A DNA stretch of 64,000 nt from positions 1,798,001 through 1,862,000 of the forward strand of contig NC_043004.1 of assembly GCF_006345805.1 (NCBI RefSeq), in the 5' to 3' direction. The position numbers and the translations under genes were made by a program. Under the pieces are notes generated by a model. That model was not told the DNA's origin and searched no databases. It saw nothing but the letters and a program-made list of their open reading frames with translations. Source of the stretch: Octopus sinensis (taxonomy: Eukaryota). Of this stretch, positions 12,341-25,292 are shown one piece after another (the stretch's first letter is position 1; the number at the start of each line of letters is the position of its first letter).

Positions 12341-13904
12341 AATAAATTTAAGAGAAAACAAATAGATTTAAGCTATTTATGAACGATTCTTCGTACAAAA
12401 TGTTATTAATATCATTTATTTCTTATGAGTTTTGTCCTGACTCAGTAAATTTCTGCCCCGGATGACATGCTCAGCACGCCGCTTTAAGAGGCTCAGTGCA
12501 TAGAGAAATTCGCTATTTTCTCTTTCGTGAAATATTTGTAGAAAACTTGAGAAAATGTTCTCTGCTATTTCTACAAGTTCCAGCACAACGTAGAGATTCT
12601 CAATGGCTGAAGGCAATGTGAACTCGTAATGAAATTTTTACTCGTTTCAAAACTTGTACTAAAAACAGAACTAAAATCTTCACGTTTATGAATTTGTGTT
12701 GCAAGACTCCTGATGTGAAACTGTATGTTGAAACAGATATTGTTGTATTTTGGGATGGGTTTTTGTTTGCCAAATAAACACAAGTGCTATATATTTGTTC
12801 TTCACTCGTTGATTACTATTCTTATTCTAATTTATGTCCATTGTCCGGAAACCTTTTGTCACACATCTGTGACCTCTTCAGTGACACTTTTCGTCTTCGT
12901 GTGCGCTCTTGTTCCTCGTACATAAATGTTCAAACAAATTTCAAATTTATTTTTTGCGAATTCAATACAAGTACAGTGTTTAATAAATTATATTCGTAAG
13001 AAAACTCGACTGTGAATAAAGGCCAAGAAGAAGAGGGCCATTAAAATTTGCCAACATTGTCAAAGAAGGAATTCTATTTCAGCAACTTAGCCATGTTATG
13101 AACAATGGCAGAGATGTCGTAATCGATGTCAAATACAGAATCGAAAAAGGCGATAACACTACTTTTAGGGATTCTACAGACTATGAATATACTGGGCAAA
13201 CACCAAATTCTCCCTTATCGTACTACCCACGGCACTAAGAACGAAGTGCAGAAGAAAAATGACGAAAACATGAAAAATACTGAATGTCTTTTACCAAAGA
13301 TGCTTTACCAAAAGGAAGAAATCTTAAGAAAGATATTGGCGCGAAGGTTCAAAAGAAAAGCGTTGGAATGAAGAATGCGACCAACCGGTCAAGGTCTAAG
13401 GCAGTACTATACAGGTTACTGGTCACATGACGTTGTACTTTTAGAGAAGACTACAGGTCACGTGATATTGGATTTTTAGGAGGATCAGAAAACATATGGA
13501 AAAAAATAGAACATGTAATTAATAGAGAACACCAGAGAACTGTCGATCGATGCCCAAAATCTGTACTGCGTTGTATGTTTTAGATCAAACCACACAGAAT
13601 TCTCCTCAAAAGTGTTACATGATGATGCTGGTGGGGAGTTAATAAATAACATATCTCAATGGGCTGTAAGTATAACAGTAAATATTTCCACTTCATGTGA
13701 CTAGGTAGTCTACAGTAATTTAATTTGGTAGAACCACCTGAAAGAAAACAAAATACAAACAGCAAAACAAAAAACGAAATAAAATAACATAGAAAAAATC
13801 TAATTTTACTTCAAGATGTTCAGATCTTTTTATACTGTTTCGTTCCCATTCCTGTTTTCTCTTTTTCTTTCTCTCTCTTTCCTTCTCTGATGCTCTTTTC
13901 ATGC

Positions 13905-14190
13905 GTTTTTACTACTCTTTTACTCTTTTATTTGTTTCAGTCATTTGACTGTGGCCATGCTGGAGCACAAACATATACACATACACATACATACATACAT
14001 ATATATATATATACATACATATATACGACGGGCCTCTTTCAGTTTCCGTCTACCAAATCCACTCACAAAGGCATTGGTCGGCCCGAGGCTATACTAGAAG
14101 ACGCTTCTCCAAGGTGCTACGCAGTGGGACTGAACTCGGAACCATGTGGTTGGTAAGCAAGCTACTTACTACACAGCCACTCCTACGCCT
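13905..14190 (-). mobile_element. tRNA-derived SINE family B (internally deleted)
   Basis: Reverse complement of the family B head, body and tail. Confidence 0.85.
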
Positions 14191-15119
14191 ATGTTATATT
14201 ATTGTATTACATCCACAAAATGTTAAACTTTAACTAAAACTTTGATTCTGTTGCGAAAAGTTCAAAATTCCAAGACCAATTTGGATGAAATAGTGCGGAA
14301 GTAGTCCCTTTTCCTACCAATGCATCAGTGAATGGAGCCAGGCTGTGTTATCATGAAATATTACTATAAAGATAAACATTTAGATGGATGGTTCAATTTT
14401 AAAAGAAATTAAAACAAAATTATAAAGAAACAATACTTCTTTCTCTCATTTGAATTAAACAGTTTCGAAAAACAAAACTCGTTTAAACGATTTAAATAAT
14501 TGCTCTTAGTCTCCATGAATCAGAACCGTTCTTGTCGTTGATTTTGTACGTGACTGCATGTGTGTGTGTATGATTGTGTGTGTGCGTGTGTGTGTGTGTG
14601 TGTTTGTGTGTTTGTATGTGTGTAACAAACAGACAAAAAAAATTGATGCGGCTACGAAAAGCAATGTACTTTTTACCAAATTTAATCTTTTATCTTAGTT
14701 GACTTGGTGAGGACCAGCTAAATCATTGAATAATAAGTAATAGTCATGTCATTTCTTTCTTTGCAGCTTGTAATTACATCTTGTAATTACATTTTGCACA
14801 ACTTCTATCAGTCTCTTGTAACACAATGCCTTCTGTTGGCATCAAATATCTTGTTGTTGAAGAAAAATCAAATCTCATAACCTTTTTTACAAGAATTATC
14901 CACTTCATTGACACGATTTTTCTCTTTATGTTGAAAATAGCCTGATATTACGGAATACACAGTAGAAAACTTACTTTTATTTCTATAATATTCTTACAAG
15001 TCGGTTTCGTATTTTTTCTAATTTTTTTTTCTAGCTATTAACTATTTTATGCCATCATCTCCTGCTAGAAACATTACGAGGTTTTGAAGAGATCTGATAA
15101 TCGTGAAGTAATACGTACA

Positions 15120-15142
15120 TAGACACACACACACACACACAC

Positions 15143-15177
<35 letters not shown>

Positions 15178-15348
15178 GCAAGAGACAAACATTCAAACGT
15201 ATATACATGTATATACGTAGTTATGTGTGTGTGTGCATATATATATATATTATATATACACACACATACATATATATGTGTATACATTTATATATATGTA
15301 TATATATGCATTTACATATATACATGTATACATGTATATATATGTATA

Positions 15349-15403
<55 letters not shown>

Positions 15404-15565
15404 CATATATATACATATATATGTAAATATGCTTGTATATAAGTATGTATATATGGATGTATGCATATGTATATATCTATCTATATATATATATAGACAC
15501 ATACATACATATATGTATGTGTGTATGTGCCTATACATATATATATATGTTTGTATATGTATGTG

Positions 15566-15596
<31 letters not shown>

Positions 15597-15612
15597 CTGT
15601 GCGTATATATGT

Positions 15613-15658
<46 letters not shown>

Positions 15659-15690
15659 ATGTATATCTATCTATATATATATATATATAT
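15120..15690. repeat. Degenerate (AT)n/(GT)n microsatellite
   Basis: Direct reading. Confidence 0.9.
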
Positions 15691-16449
15691 TGAATAAAAG
15701 TGAAGCGATAAGAAAAGAAATGAAAAAAAAAGTAAGCAGCTGAATCGTTTGATTTCACTGGCTTCAAAAGTATCAGCAATGCGCTGGTTATTTCTGAGTG
15801 CGTGTACTTTGATAAGATTAGTCACAAAGCTCCATCTAGCGGCGAGACTTTTGTTCTTCAGATTTTCCCTTTGTTTAATCTCTGCCTTCCAACTATTTTT
15901 TTGTTTTTGTTTTTGTTTTCTACGGTCCCACAAGACTAGAATTTCAACATGAATGAACAAACCATTTATTTTCAAGATCTGTTTTGTATTTTTTTTTTAT
16001 CCATATTCTTCTTTAAATATTTCTTCCCGATAATTCTTATTTCTTTATCATTTTTTTTGGTGTTTTTTTTGTTATTTATTACTTCCTCCTCAATTTTCTT
16101 CATTTTTTAACGTCTCCACGATTTTTTTTTAGAAATTTTCCAGTTCGTTTTATTTAATATTTTTTTCTCTTACGCCAGCATTTTTTAGTTATATTTTGAA
16201 TTTATTATATGTTATTTATAAATTTCTTTCATTTCAAAACAAAAAAATAATAAAGATGGCATGGTGTAAAGATATTTGAGACTTCAAGACAACATAGCGA
16301 TTTGATGGATTAAGAAAAATGCTCACACACGAAGGCATGTATTGTCTTGTGAGGCCAACTCTTCGTGAACAACGAGCGAAACAATATCGAATAGAAACAA
16401 CTGAAATCAGAATAACGAAGTTTGCCTACCGAAAACTACACCCACATAT

Positions 16450-16608
16450 AGCAAGAAGAAGAAAAAGGAAGAGGAGGAGGAGAATGAAGAAGAGAAACAG
16501 AAGAAGAAGAAGAAGAAGAAGAAGAAAGAGGAGGAGGAGGAGAAGAAGAAGACAAAGAAGAAGGAAGAGAAGAAGAAGAAGAAGGAGGAAAAGAAGAAGA
16601 AGAAGAAA

Positions 16609-16640
<32 letters not shown>

Positions 16641-16857
16641 GAAGAAGAAGAAGGAGGAGGAGGAGGAAGAGGAATATGATGAGGATGAGGATGAGGTGGA
16701 TGAGGAGGATGAGAAGGAGAGGATGAAGAAGAAGAGAAGAAGAAGGAAGAGAAGAAAAAGAAGAGGGGAAGAAGAAGTAGAAGAAGAAGAAGAAAAAGAA
16801 GAAGAAAAAGAAGAAGAAGAAGAAGAAGAAGAAGAAGAATATGAAGAAGAAGAAAAA
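16450..16857 (+). repeat. ~400-bp polypurine (GAA/GAG)n tract
   Basis: Almost exclusively A/G on the + strand. Confidence 0.95.
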
Positions 16858-17366
16858 TCGTGCCACGATTGTTACTCAGTTTACCGTTGAAAATAGTGAT
16901 AATGTTGTTGTCGTTGTTATTGATAATGATGATGATGATGATGATGATAATGGTGGTGGTTATGGTGGAGATGGGAGATTCTTGTCGTCGTTGTGATCGC
17001 GTTGGTGTTATTTGTTGTATTGAATATATAGAACATTGTAAGACTGGATATACACTTTCCTACAAAGTTGTCCGTCAGTATATTCAAAAACGATACTCGA
17101 AAAAAGAAAGAAAACATCAATACGAGCGTAATCAAAAGCGCGCGCGCGTACACACGCCCGCAGACACACACACACACATAAATATTTATATCGTATTATA
17201 TATATGTATCTATATATACTTATATATATATATATATATTATATATATATATATACATGCATACACACACACAGACACACACATATATATATATATCTGT
17301 ATGTATACATATACATGTATAAATACTTACACGCACACACACACACTCATATATAGATAGATAGAT

Positions 17367-17421
<55 letters not shown>

Positions 17422-17929
17422 ATATATATATATATAGATAGATACGTGTGTATATGCATAGCATACATATATCTATACATATATACATCATATATATATT
17501 ACCCTCCGTCAGTACGGCTGTAACGCATTCAGGAAAAACTTGCCGTAACACAGAACTCTGTATCACGAATTTATTTTGTCTTTGAATTTTCACATTATAA
17601 AGTTATAATGCGTTCCAGCGATTACTTTTAAAAAATCCGCAACAAAGTGTAATCCAACCAGTTTTATTTCTAAAAAAAATGAAGGCAATTTCTACTCATA
17701 CCAATACAATGCGAAGAAATAAGTAAAACAAAACAGAAACTATTTGAATCGAAATACGTTAGGGAGTAAATAAGCGTCATAATGGAGTTACAGGGTACGT
17801 TCTTATCACAAAAGATGTTGAGTACAGTGTGAGGGGCAATGGTGGAAAGGGAGTTACTGGAAGGATGAGGGGCATTATCTTCTACAGTTCTATATTGAAG
17901 AGATGAGGAATTATGTACATTATTTATAT

Positions 17930-18033
17930 TATTTATATTATTTACATTTGACGGATATTTGTCCTCATATTGCGTAGTGGATAGGAGTGCAGTCTACTAA
18001 CCCCAAGATTCCGAGCACGATTCCAGGCAGTGA

Positions 18034-18075
<42 letters not shown>

Positions 18076-18234
18076 TAACAACAACATCGAAAAATACCTG
18101 AGGAATGAGAATCCAGGTTCGAAATTCCCCCAAGACATCAGATGAAGGCTGGGGGGGGGTATATTAGCTGAAACGTTGTGTTAACAACAAACAAGATGAG
18201 GACAAATATCCGTCAAATGTAAATAATGTAAATA
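17930..18234 (+). mobile_element. tRNA-headed SINE-like element with a Penelope-type 3' region and an inverted duplication of its 3' tip
   Basis: tRNA-like head (GCGTAGTGGATAGG..CCGAGCACGATTCCAGG), internal (AAT)n, hammerhead-like fold at 18133-18182. 17930-17968 is an inverted copy of 18196-18234 (1 mismatch). Confidence 0.65.
18133..18182 (+). ncRNA. Minimal type I hammerhead ribozyme-like motif (core mutated, probably inactive)
   Basis: Stem I GACAT/GTGTT; core CAGATGA (CUGAUGA with U>A); extra A; stem II GGCTG/TAGCT; GAAA; palindromic ACGT; GUU cleavage triplet. Confidence 0.55.
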
Positions 18235-18574
18235 GCACTATCTTTTATCTTATAGTTCATGATCATTAACATTTATTTAAGGGGTGAAAAATTGGACTAG
18301 AATAGTTCGATCTTTATGGCGCGTAATCTCATTGTACATCTGGATGTAGGAGCTGAGTACATTGCAAACTCCTCTCGCAATTTATATGTTATATTTACAG
18401 TTAAGCCTTTTAGCAAAAAAATATATATATAGATCTTTCTCTGTGAGTGCCACACCTTTAGTAATATTCTTTAGAGTTAATTTGACTGGCTGGAGATCGT
18501 TGTATTTCCTCATCGTCAACTGTTTGTTCTTCAACTTGCCCTACTTCTAACAGCGTCGACTACACTTTAAATAA

Positions 18575-18715
18575 ACCTCCTGAATGGGACACTAGCAACT
18601 CAAACACATCATCCTCTATGATGTCTTCACATCCAACATCACCTTCAGGTTTTACATCTTTCCGAATTTGATGTACATTCTCTACTTGTGGAAAACGCGT
18701 AATGTCTGGGATTCA
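18575..18715 (-). pseudogene. Possible Tigger/pogo transposase C-terminal remnant
   Basis: DVKPEGDVGCEDIIEDDVFELLVSHSG resembles the acidic ..EDDVxELLxSH.. tail of pogo-family transposases. Confidence 0.3.
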
Positions 18716-19304
18716 TTTTTCATTTACCATTCATAGATGTGAGATTTACTTCATTTCATGTTTCATCGTTTTTTATCCACAACATTATGTTAATTCGTTC
18801 AGGAGTCTCTAAGATTATCCTCCCTGTCAATTGCTTTCATAAAGTTTATTTTAATATTCTCAGGTGATACGTTATAATGTTCGCCATCACACATTGGTCG
18901 ATGCACTTGAACAAAGAAATTGTATTCTTGGTGACATATCTTCCCCTCATGTTATCAAATAGCTTGTTTAAATTTCATGAGTCGTTTGGTGCATTGTCTA
19001 AAACGAGCAAAGTTTTAGTGGAAATATTATGTCTGACACTTGTTTACTGCTGCACAACTAAATTCGTTTGTAAACCCCTCTTTGAAAAGCACTTAATCAT
19101 TAATACCTTCCTTTTCAAACGCCAAATCAGAGGCAAATTAAACTTTCTGTAACCCTGAAAGTGATACACGATTAGGGGCCATAATTTTACTTCCCACGAA
19201 AAAGCGCCAAACAATTTTGGGACCTTTATATTCAGGTATTCAATTTTCTTCTGAAAAAATAAAATTTGTTTCAGGTTTGAACTTCCAGAAAGCTGTTGTT
19301 TCTT

Positions 19305-19682
19305 TTTCGTTATTGCCCATAAGGGACGAAACATAGAGGGAACAAACAAGGGCAGACAAAGGGATTAAGTTGATTACATTTAATCGACCCCAAAAGGAGG
19401 AAAGGCAAAGTCGACCTCAGCGGAATTTGAACTCAGAACGTGACGCAGACCAAATGCCTATTTCTTTACTGCCCACAAGAGGCTAAACACAGAGAGGACA
19501 AACATGAACAGACAAACGGATTAAGTCGATTATATCGACCCCAGTGCGTAACTGGTACTTATTTAATTGACCCCGAAAGGATGAAAGCAAAGTCGACCTC
19601 AGCGGAATTTGAACTAGTAGCAGACGAAATACTGCTAAGCATTTCGCCCGGTGCGCTAACGTTTCTGCCAGCTCTCCGCCTT
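19305..19682 (-). mobile_element. tRNA-derived SINE family A, head-to-tail dimer
   Basis: GGCGG..GCTGGCAGAAACGTTAGC head, GAGTTCAAATTCC B-box, GCCCC/TTGTGGG..TAAAGAAAT tail. A second, 5'-truncated unit is joined at 19460/19461. Confidence 0.85.
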
Positions 19683-22600
19683 CCAGAAAAGTGTTATTTT
19701 ATCAACACTGCAAACATGCTCTGGTGTGTTGTCGCCTTCAGAAAAATTTTGTTTTCCGCTGACAAGGATAGATTTCCTTTATTCGCACCGTCAGCTTCAC
19801 TAGTCATTTTATGTTGGGAAAACTCAGTTGCTTCTTAAATATTTTGAACCGGCCTTTCTTAGTCAGTACACGGATCTTCATTAGAATTTAAACCTTTCTT
19901 TTTCTAAAGCTCATCGCACAAATCTTCTTTTCGACAAATACGTTGAGTGTGGTTCTCGATCCCACCACACAAGAACATTTAAAGCAAAACATTTGATCTA
20001 TGAAACAATAAGTTCCGATCTGCACTTGTGTATAGCTACATGAATGTCAAAATGAAACAGTGTAGTTTGATTTAGATATTATGTTACATCTTTCCGTGGT
20101 CAGTATTTAGACAGCTCCACCAATCTGACCCCTTTTAAGATTCTCCACTGAAATAAGACGTTTGCAGAATCGATCAAGGGACTTAATCAGAACATAGGAG
20201 TCAGCACAGTTAATGCTGAAGGCCATATAGCTGTGACAGATTTGCGATAGACTATATATACAGCGGTTCAGCTAACGAAATCATAGACATTCATGTAACG
20301 TTGTTCACAGCGACTCAAGTATTGACAACCTAATTTTTCAGATTTCAATAACTAACCGCCATTTATACCAACTTAGTTATGTACTACAAAATAATACAGT
20401 AAACCACATATAGTTGAAGGTCATATAGCTAGGACATATTTGCGATAGATTAGTGTCCAATCAACGATGATGTTTATCTCTTGTCAGTTGAACTTTATTA
20501 AAGCAAATTTAAGAATCGACCTATAAGGATAATCGGTTTTTGAAAATTGTTAACTTTCACTTGTTGAAAAACTAAAAGGTATGGAATGTCTTAGGGTTCT
20601 AACTTATCTCAACCTAAAAACATCATAGTATTAGTGATAATCTATTGGTGTTTCGAGTTTAAGTCAACATGTCTGTATTGAGAATGAGAAGTACGGCGAA
20701 TAAGAGATTTGAAATTACTGCTGTTACGTCACTAAAACTCCAGTCTTAGAAAATATATAAATTCTCTTTCTCTGCCTCTCCTTTTCCATCTCTCTTTCCC
20801 TCTCTTCTCCCCCTCTCTCTCGTTCAATTAGATTCCCAAAGTATTTTCTAGACGAGACTGACTAGACCCGGGGTGTGGTCTATAATTTCCCCCAAATGGC
20901 ATTGTGACTCCTTTTTATTTTACAGTTAGTGTCGATTCTTACTATGATTTACAGACTTAACGATTAAGGGAAAATATTTTAAAGATTAGTGATGGAAAGC
21001 ATCGCACATTTTGTCTTCAGTTGAGTGTCATAAGACTTAGCAACATATCTATGGCAAATTAGCTTGGTAAATGTTATCCCCTCCGAGGCAGTGAATAAAA
21101 TTTTCAACTCAGATTTGCAAGACGATGAACGACTAATCTCTTCTAAAGTACTGTCGCTGCTGATTGTGGCAAAATTCCTTACCCTGAGTAGCCTTTTCAC
21201 AGCTAAGTGAAAAATTGGTCAACTTCAGACACCTTTAATCGGACATAATGTAGTGCGACTGATAGAATTTCTGGCCCTCTGCCGATTATACTACATTTTT
21301 ATAGCAAAACAAACAAATAATAAAACAATTTGGGCAAGCTGTTGATGAGACAAGTTAAGTGTGCAAGTTCGATACCTAGTAAGAGACTTCATTCCGCATA
21401 CTGCGTACCTACAATTGCTTTACTATGGATGGAATACACGGACATAGAAATCTTTATTGATGGAGCAAATATTCTTTAAGAAGAACCGGATGTTTTCATT
21501 GCAATATTAAAATATATTATGGAATAGTTCTTAGATAAATACATTCTGTGAAACGATGCTTGATAAATTCATTTCTTTATAGAAGTCTCATATCAAAGGG
21601 AGCCCTAATGTAAACCTAAAACGTTAAACATGTTATTCCTTTATAGAAAGGGTAAGTATCACGGGGGGTTTGAACACTGCTCTGAATTGTTTATAAAATA
21701 GAGATGAATAAAGCAGTAAATGTCCTGTGCACACTTCGAATGTAGTGGCTTCTCATCATTATTCTTAGCTTTTATTCGTGGCTAGAATGAATATTATAAG
21801 TTATAAGTGCTTTCAAAAGAAAACTTTGTCAACTTCTTTATGCATTAGCTTGTAGGTAACATTAATTGCTTTTAAATGCTTCAGTTGGTGAATTCCTGAA
21901 AGCCATATAGGAAATATTAACAATACAATCATTAATAATATAAAAATTATTGGAAAGAATTATTTGTTGAGGAAAACATAAAGTATATCCGTATGTCTCT
22001 TTATATTTCTTAGATGAAAGGAAATTGGGTGTGAAAATATGACAAACTATTCATTGTTATTAGGCGTATAAAGAGAACGCTAACAAAACATGTGTAGAGT
22101 GAGATAATATACAACAAACAACACAAAGCAAACAGCAGTCCGTTGGCTGAAAACGATCGTAAGTTTTACGACAACTTACATATGAAAACAGAACGATTTC
22201 TCGATATTCAAATTATAAATCTGTGCATGAAATAACATTACCAAAAATTTCTTTGCACACAAAGAGAAGAAAACGGTAAAGTATTTTCTAGAATAACTTC
22301 CACTAGTCGTATTCGTAAAACGAGCAGAAGCGTTCCCAAAGGTACATTATTTCGTCTACGTAGCAGATAAAGAAAATGTCACTGCAAAAGCCGCTTCATA
22401 AGTAATGTCATGAAAGTTCTCTGGCAGACAGAAACTCTTTGAAGTGATAATAAGACCTACATAAAAATTTGGCCTCGTTCATGTTGAGAAAAATATCCAT
22501 TTTTACGAACTATTGTCCTTTATACAAAGAAAAATCTATCATCTTTGCAACATTTTATGGTTCCAATTTAGGCCTTCAGCAAAATCAGTGTTCTGAAGAA

Positions 22601-23739
22601 AAATATAGAAGTTGAAAAAGCAATCATATTTTGTTGCAGTTTAGTCCCTTGGTGGGAGTATATTCTGTGTAGAAACTTCTTAGAAAAGGTTGGCCTTACT
22701 GATTAGGCTTAGGTAAAGAGTCTTTTCACAAGCATATCTTCTGATCCTTCATGTTATCCAACCGTAAGATTTATTACTCAAATCGTTTGTATAGATACGT
22801 CAAGTAAACTGCAGCTGGTAGGAACTAGTTATTAGACACCTATCTGAGTGTATCACAGAGTAGACTGTAAAACTGATTCATAGTGTAGAACAGAGAAGAA
22901 TCTTCGTTCATTTATTGCTCGTTTCTCTGCAAGCCAACGAGTTGTTTACGAACAGCTATAGTGTATATATTGCCATAGAAATTAGGTTAATTCAACCGTG
23001 TTTTATTTCATCAGAGTAAAAGCAATTGGTTGGAATACTTTGTTATCTATAGTGGAGTGATGTTGGGAAATTGTAAAGAAAGAGGCCTTTACTGAATGTC
23101 TCTAATGTTCTTCCTCATAGGTGAGAATTAGTTGAGCAACGACACCATAATGGTTATTGAAGTGTGTGGAGCACTTATCCTTAACAGCAATACAATGGCC
23201 GGAGGTGCTGATGTGAAAATATTCTTATGTACAAAGGAACTAATCACAACCAAACAGGGGGATATATAACGTTGGGTAATAATTAAAAAAAGAAAGAAAC
23301 ATATCGATTAATATAGACGTTCTCTTCCATGCCTATGTGTGCGAGTGTGTGCATGGCGTATATGAGTAGAGTGTGTATATATACATGGAGGTTTAAACAA
23401 AAGAACACATACGCGATTATATACTCATTATATTTTATATTTCTTAACTTGGTATCATATAGACGTAGGCACATGAGGCAGAGATGTACATGTGCATTAT
23501 TTTATATAATTACACAAATAAACTGACAAACATGTAAGTGCCGATGTGTGTATTATGTAGGTTTTTATTTATCTGCGTCTACACCTCTCTATATATATAT
23601 ATATGTGTGTGTGTGTATGTGTGTATATATATACATACATACATATATATATATATGTGTGCGTGTGTCTGTGTATGTATGTATGTATATGTATACATAC
23701 ATGTGTGTGTGTGTGTATGTGTGTATATATATACATACA

Positions 23740-23742
23740 TAC

Positions 23743-23777
<35 letters not shown>

Positions 23778-23847
23778 CATGTATGTATGTATATGTATAC
23801 ATATTCTCAGGTGAGCGTGCGAACACAAACAAACACTCACACACACA

Positions 23848-23881
<34 letters not shown>

Positions 23882-24355
23882 ACAGATGGCAACGCACCCG
23901 AACATATGCAACATATCTGATTCTGTCTGCCTCATGTTTTCGTTGTGTTTCATATGACTAGAAAACCTTGCGTATCTTCTTTTCGATCTCAGTGCTTTCA
24001 AATCAAATCTCGCGGAATTTAACCTTATCCTCATTTAGGGATTAAAACAAATAATTCCTGTCCCCACGTCCCACGCATCACTCTGACCGGAACACTCATC
24101 ACTCTGACCGGCACCCAAAAACTAGCCATATCGCTGAGCCAAGGATAGGACAGCTGGGAATATATTTATAACGACAGCTTGGTCTATGCAACCTGTCTCG
24201 TGACGGATGTCATAATATACATATGCACACTCAAACATACACACCTTTTGCTTTTTTCCATTCCTTTTAAAACTGTGTGTAAAAAACTATAGCGATTTGA
24301 AACACTTTTGTACTTTTAAAGATTAAAAATTGCCAAAATGAGTGAACAGTTCACT

Positions 24356-24431
<76 letters not shown>

Positions 24432-24537
24432 TGTGTATGTATGTATGTATATGTATACATATTCTCAGGTGAGCGTGCGAACACAAACAAACACTCACAC
24501 ACACACACATACACACACACACATACACACACACACA

Positions 24538-24571
<34 letters not shown>

Positions 24572-25044
24572 ACAGATGGCAACGCACCCGAACATATGCA
24601 ACATACCTGATTCTGTCTGCCTCATGTTTTCGTTGTGTTTCATATGACTAGAAAACCTTGCGTATCTTCTTTTCGATCTCAGTGCTTTCAAATCAAATCT
24701 CGCGGAATTAACCTTATCCTCATTTAGGGATTAAAACAAATAATTCCTGTCCCCACGTCCCACGCATCACTCTGACCGGAACACTCATCACTCTGACCGG
24801 CACCCAAAAACTAGCCATATCGCTGAGCCAAGGATAGGACAGCTGGGAATATATTTATAACGACAGCTTGGTCTATGCAACCTGTCTCGTGACGGATGTC
24901 ATAATATACATATGCACACTCAAACATACACACCTTTTGCTTTTTTCCATTCCTTTTGAAACTGTGTGTAAAAAACTATAGCGATTTGAAACACTTTTGT
25001 ACTTTTAAAGATTAAAAATTGCCAAAATGAGTGAACAGTTCACT

Positions 25045-25060
<16 letters not shown>
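23740..25060. repeat. Tandem duplication 1 (two ~0.67-kb copies)
   Basis: The block ATTCTCAGGTGAGC...CAGTTCACTGTTTA occurs at 23803-24360 and 24461-25050, with a few substitutions/indels and different (CA)n lengths. Confidence 0.95.
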
Positions 25061-25091
<31 letters not shown>

Positions 25092-25099
25092 ATATATAT

Positions 25100-25130
<31 letters not shown>

Positions 25131-25261
25131 ATTTGTATGTAGGTAGGTATGTGTATGTATGTATGTATGTATGCATATATGTGTGTATATGTATGTATGT
25201 ATGCATGTAGGTATATATATATATATATATATATACATACATACATACATACATACATACA

Positions 25262-25292
<31 letters not shown>

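Noticed and set aside
12416-12616. 66-aa minus-strand ORF
   Set aside because: In-frame stops just upstream, no clear acceptor and no recognisable homology.
15667-15975. Protein-like ORF (..WKAEIKQRENLKNKSLAARWSFV..)
   Set aside because: No recognisable domain or convincing splice sites; it runs into a microsatellite.
16319-16890. Protamine-like poly-Arg and poly-Glu/Lys ORFs
   Set aside because: They arise from the (GAA/GAG)n tract, which is open in several frames, with no gene structure.
20100-20150. RGQIGGA resemblance to a Tc1 transposase N-terminus
   Set aside because: Too short, and no TIR or further transposase motifs nearby.
21183-21202. 20-nt microexon candidate (minus; TTTTTCACTTAG / GTAAGG)
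   Set aside because: Not a multiple of 3, no partner exons identified, and such site pairs are expected by chance in 64 kb of AT-rich DNA.
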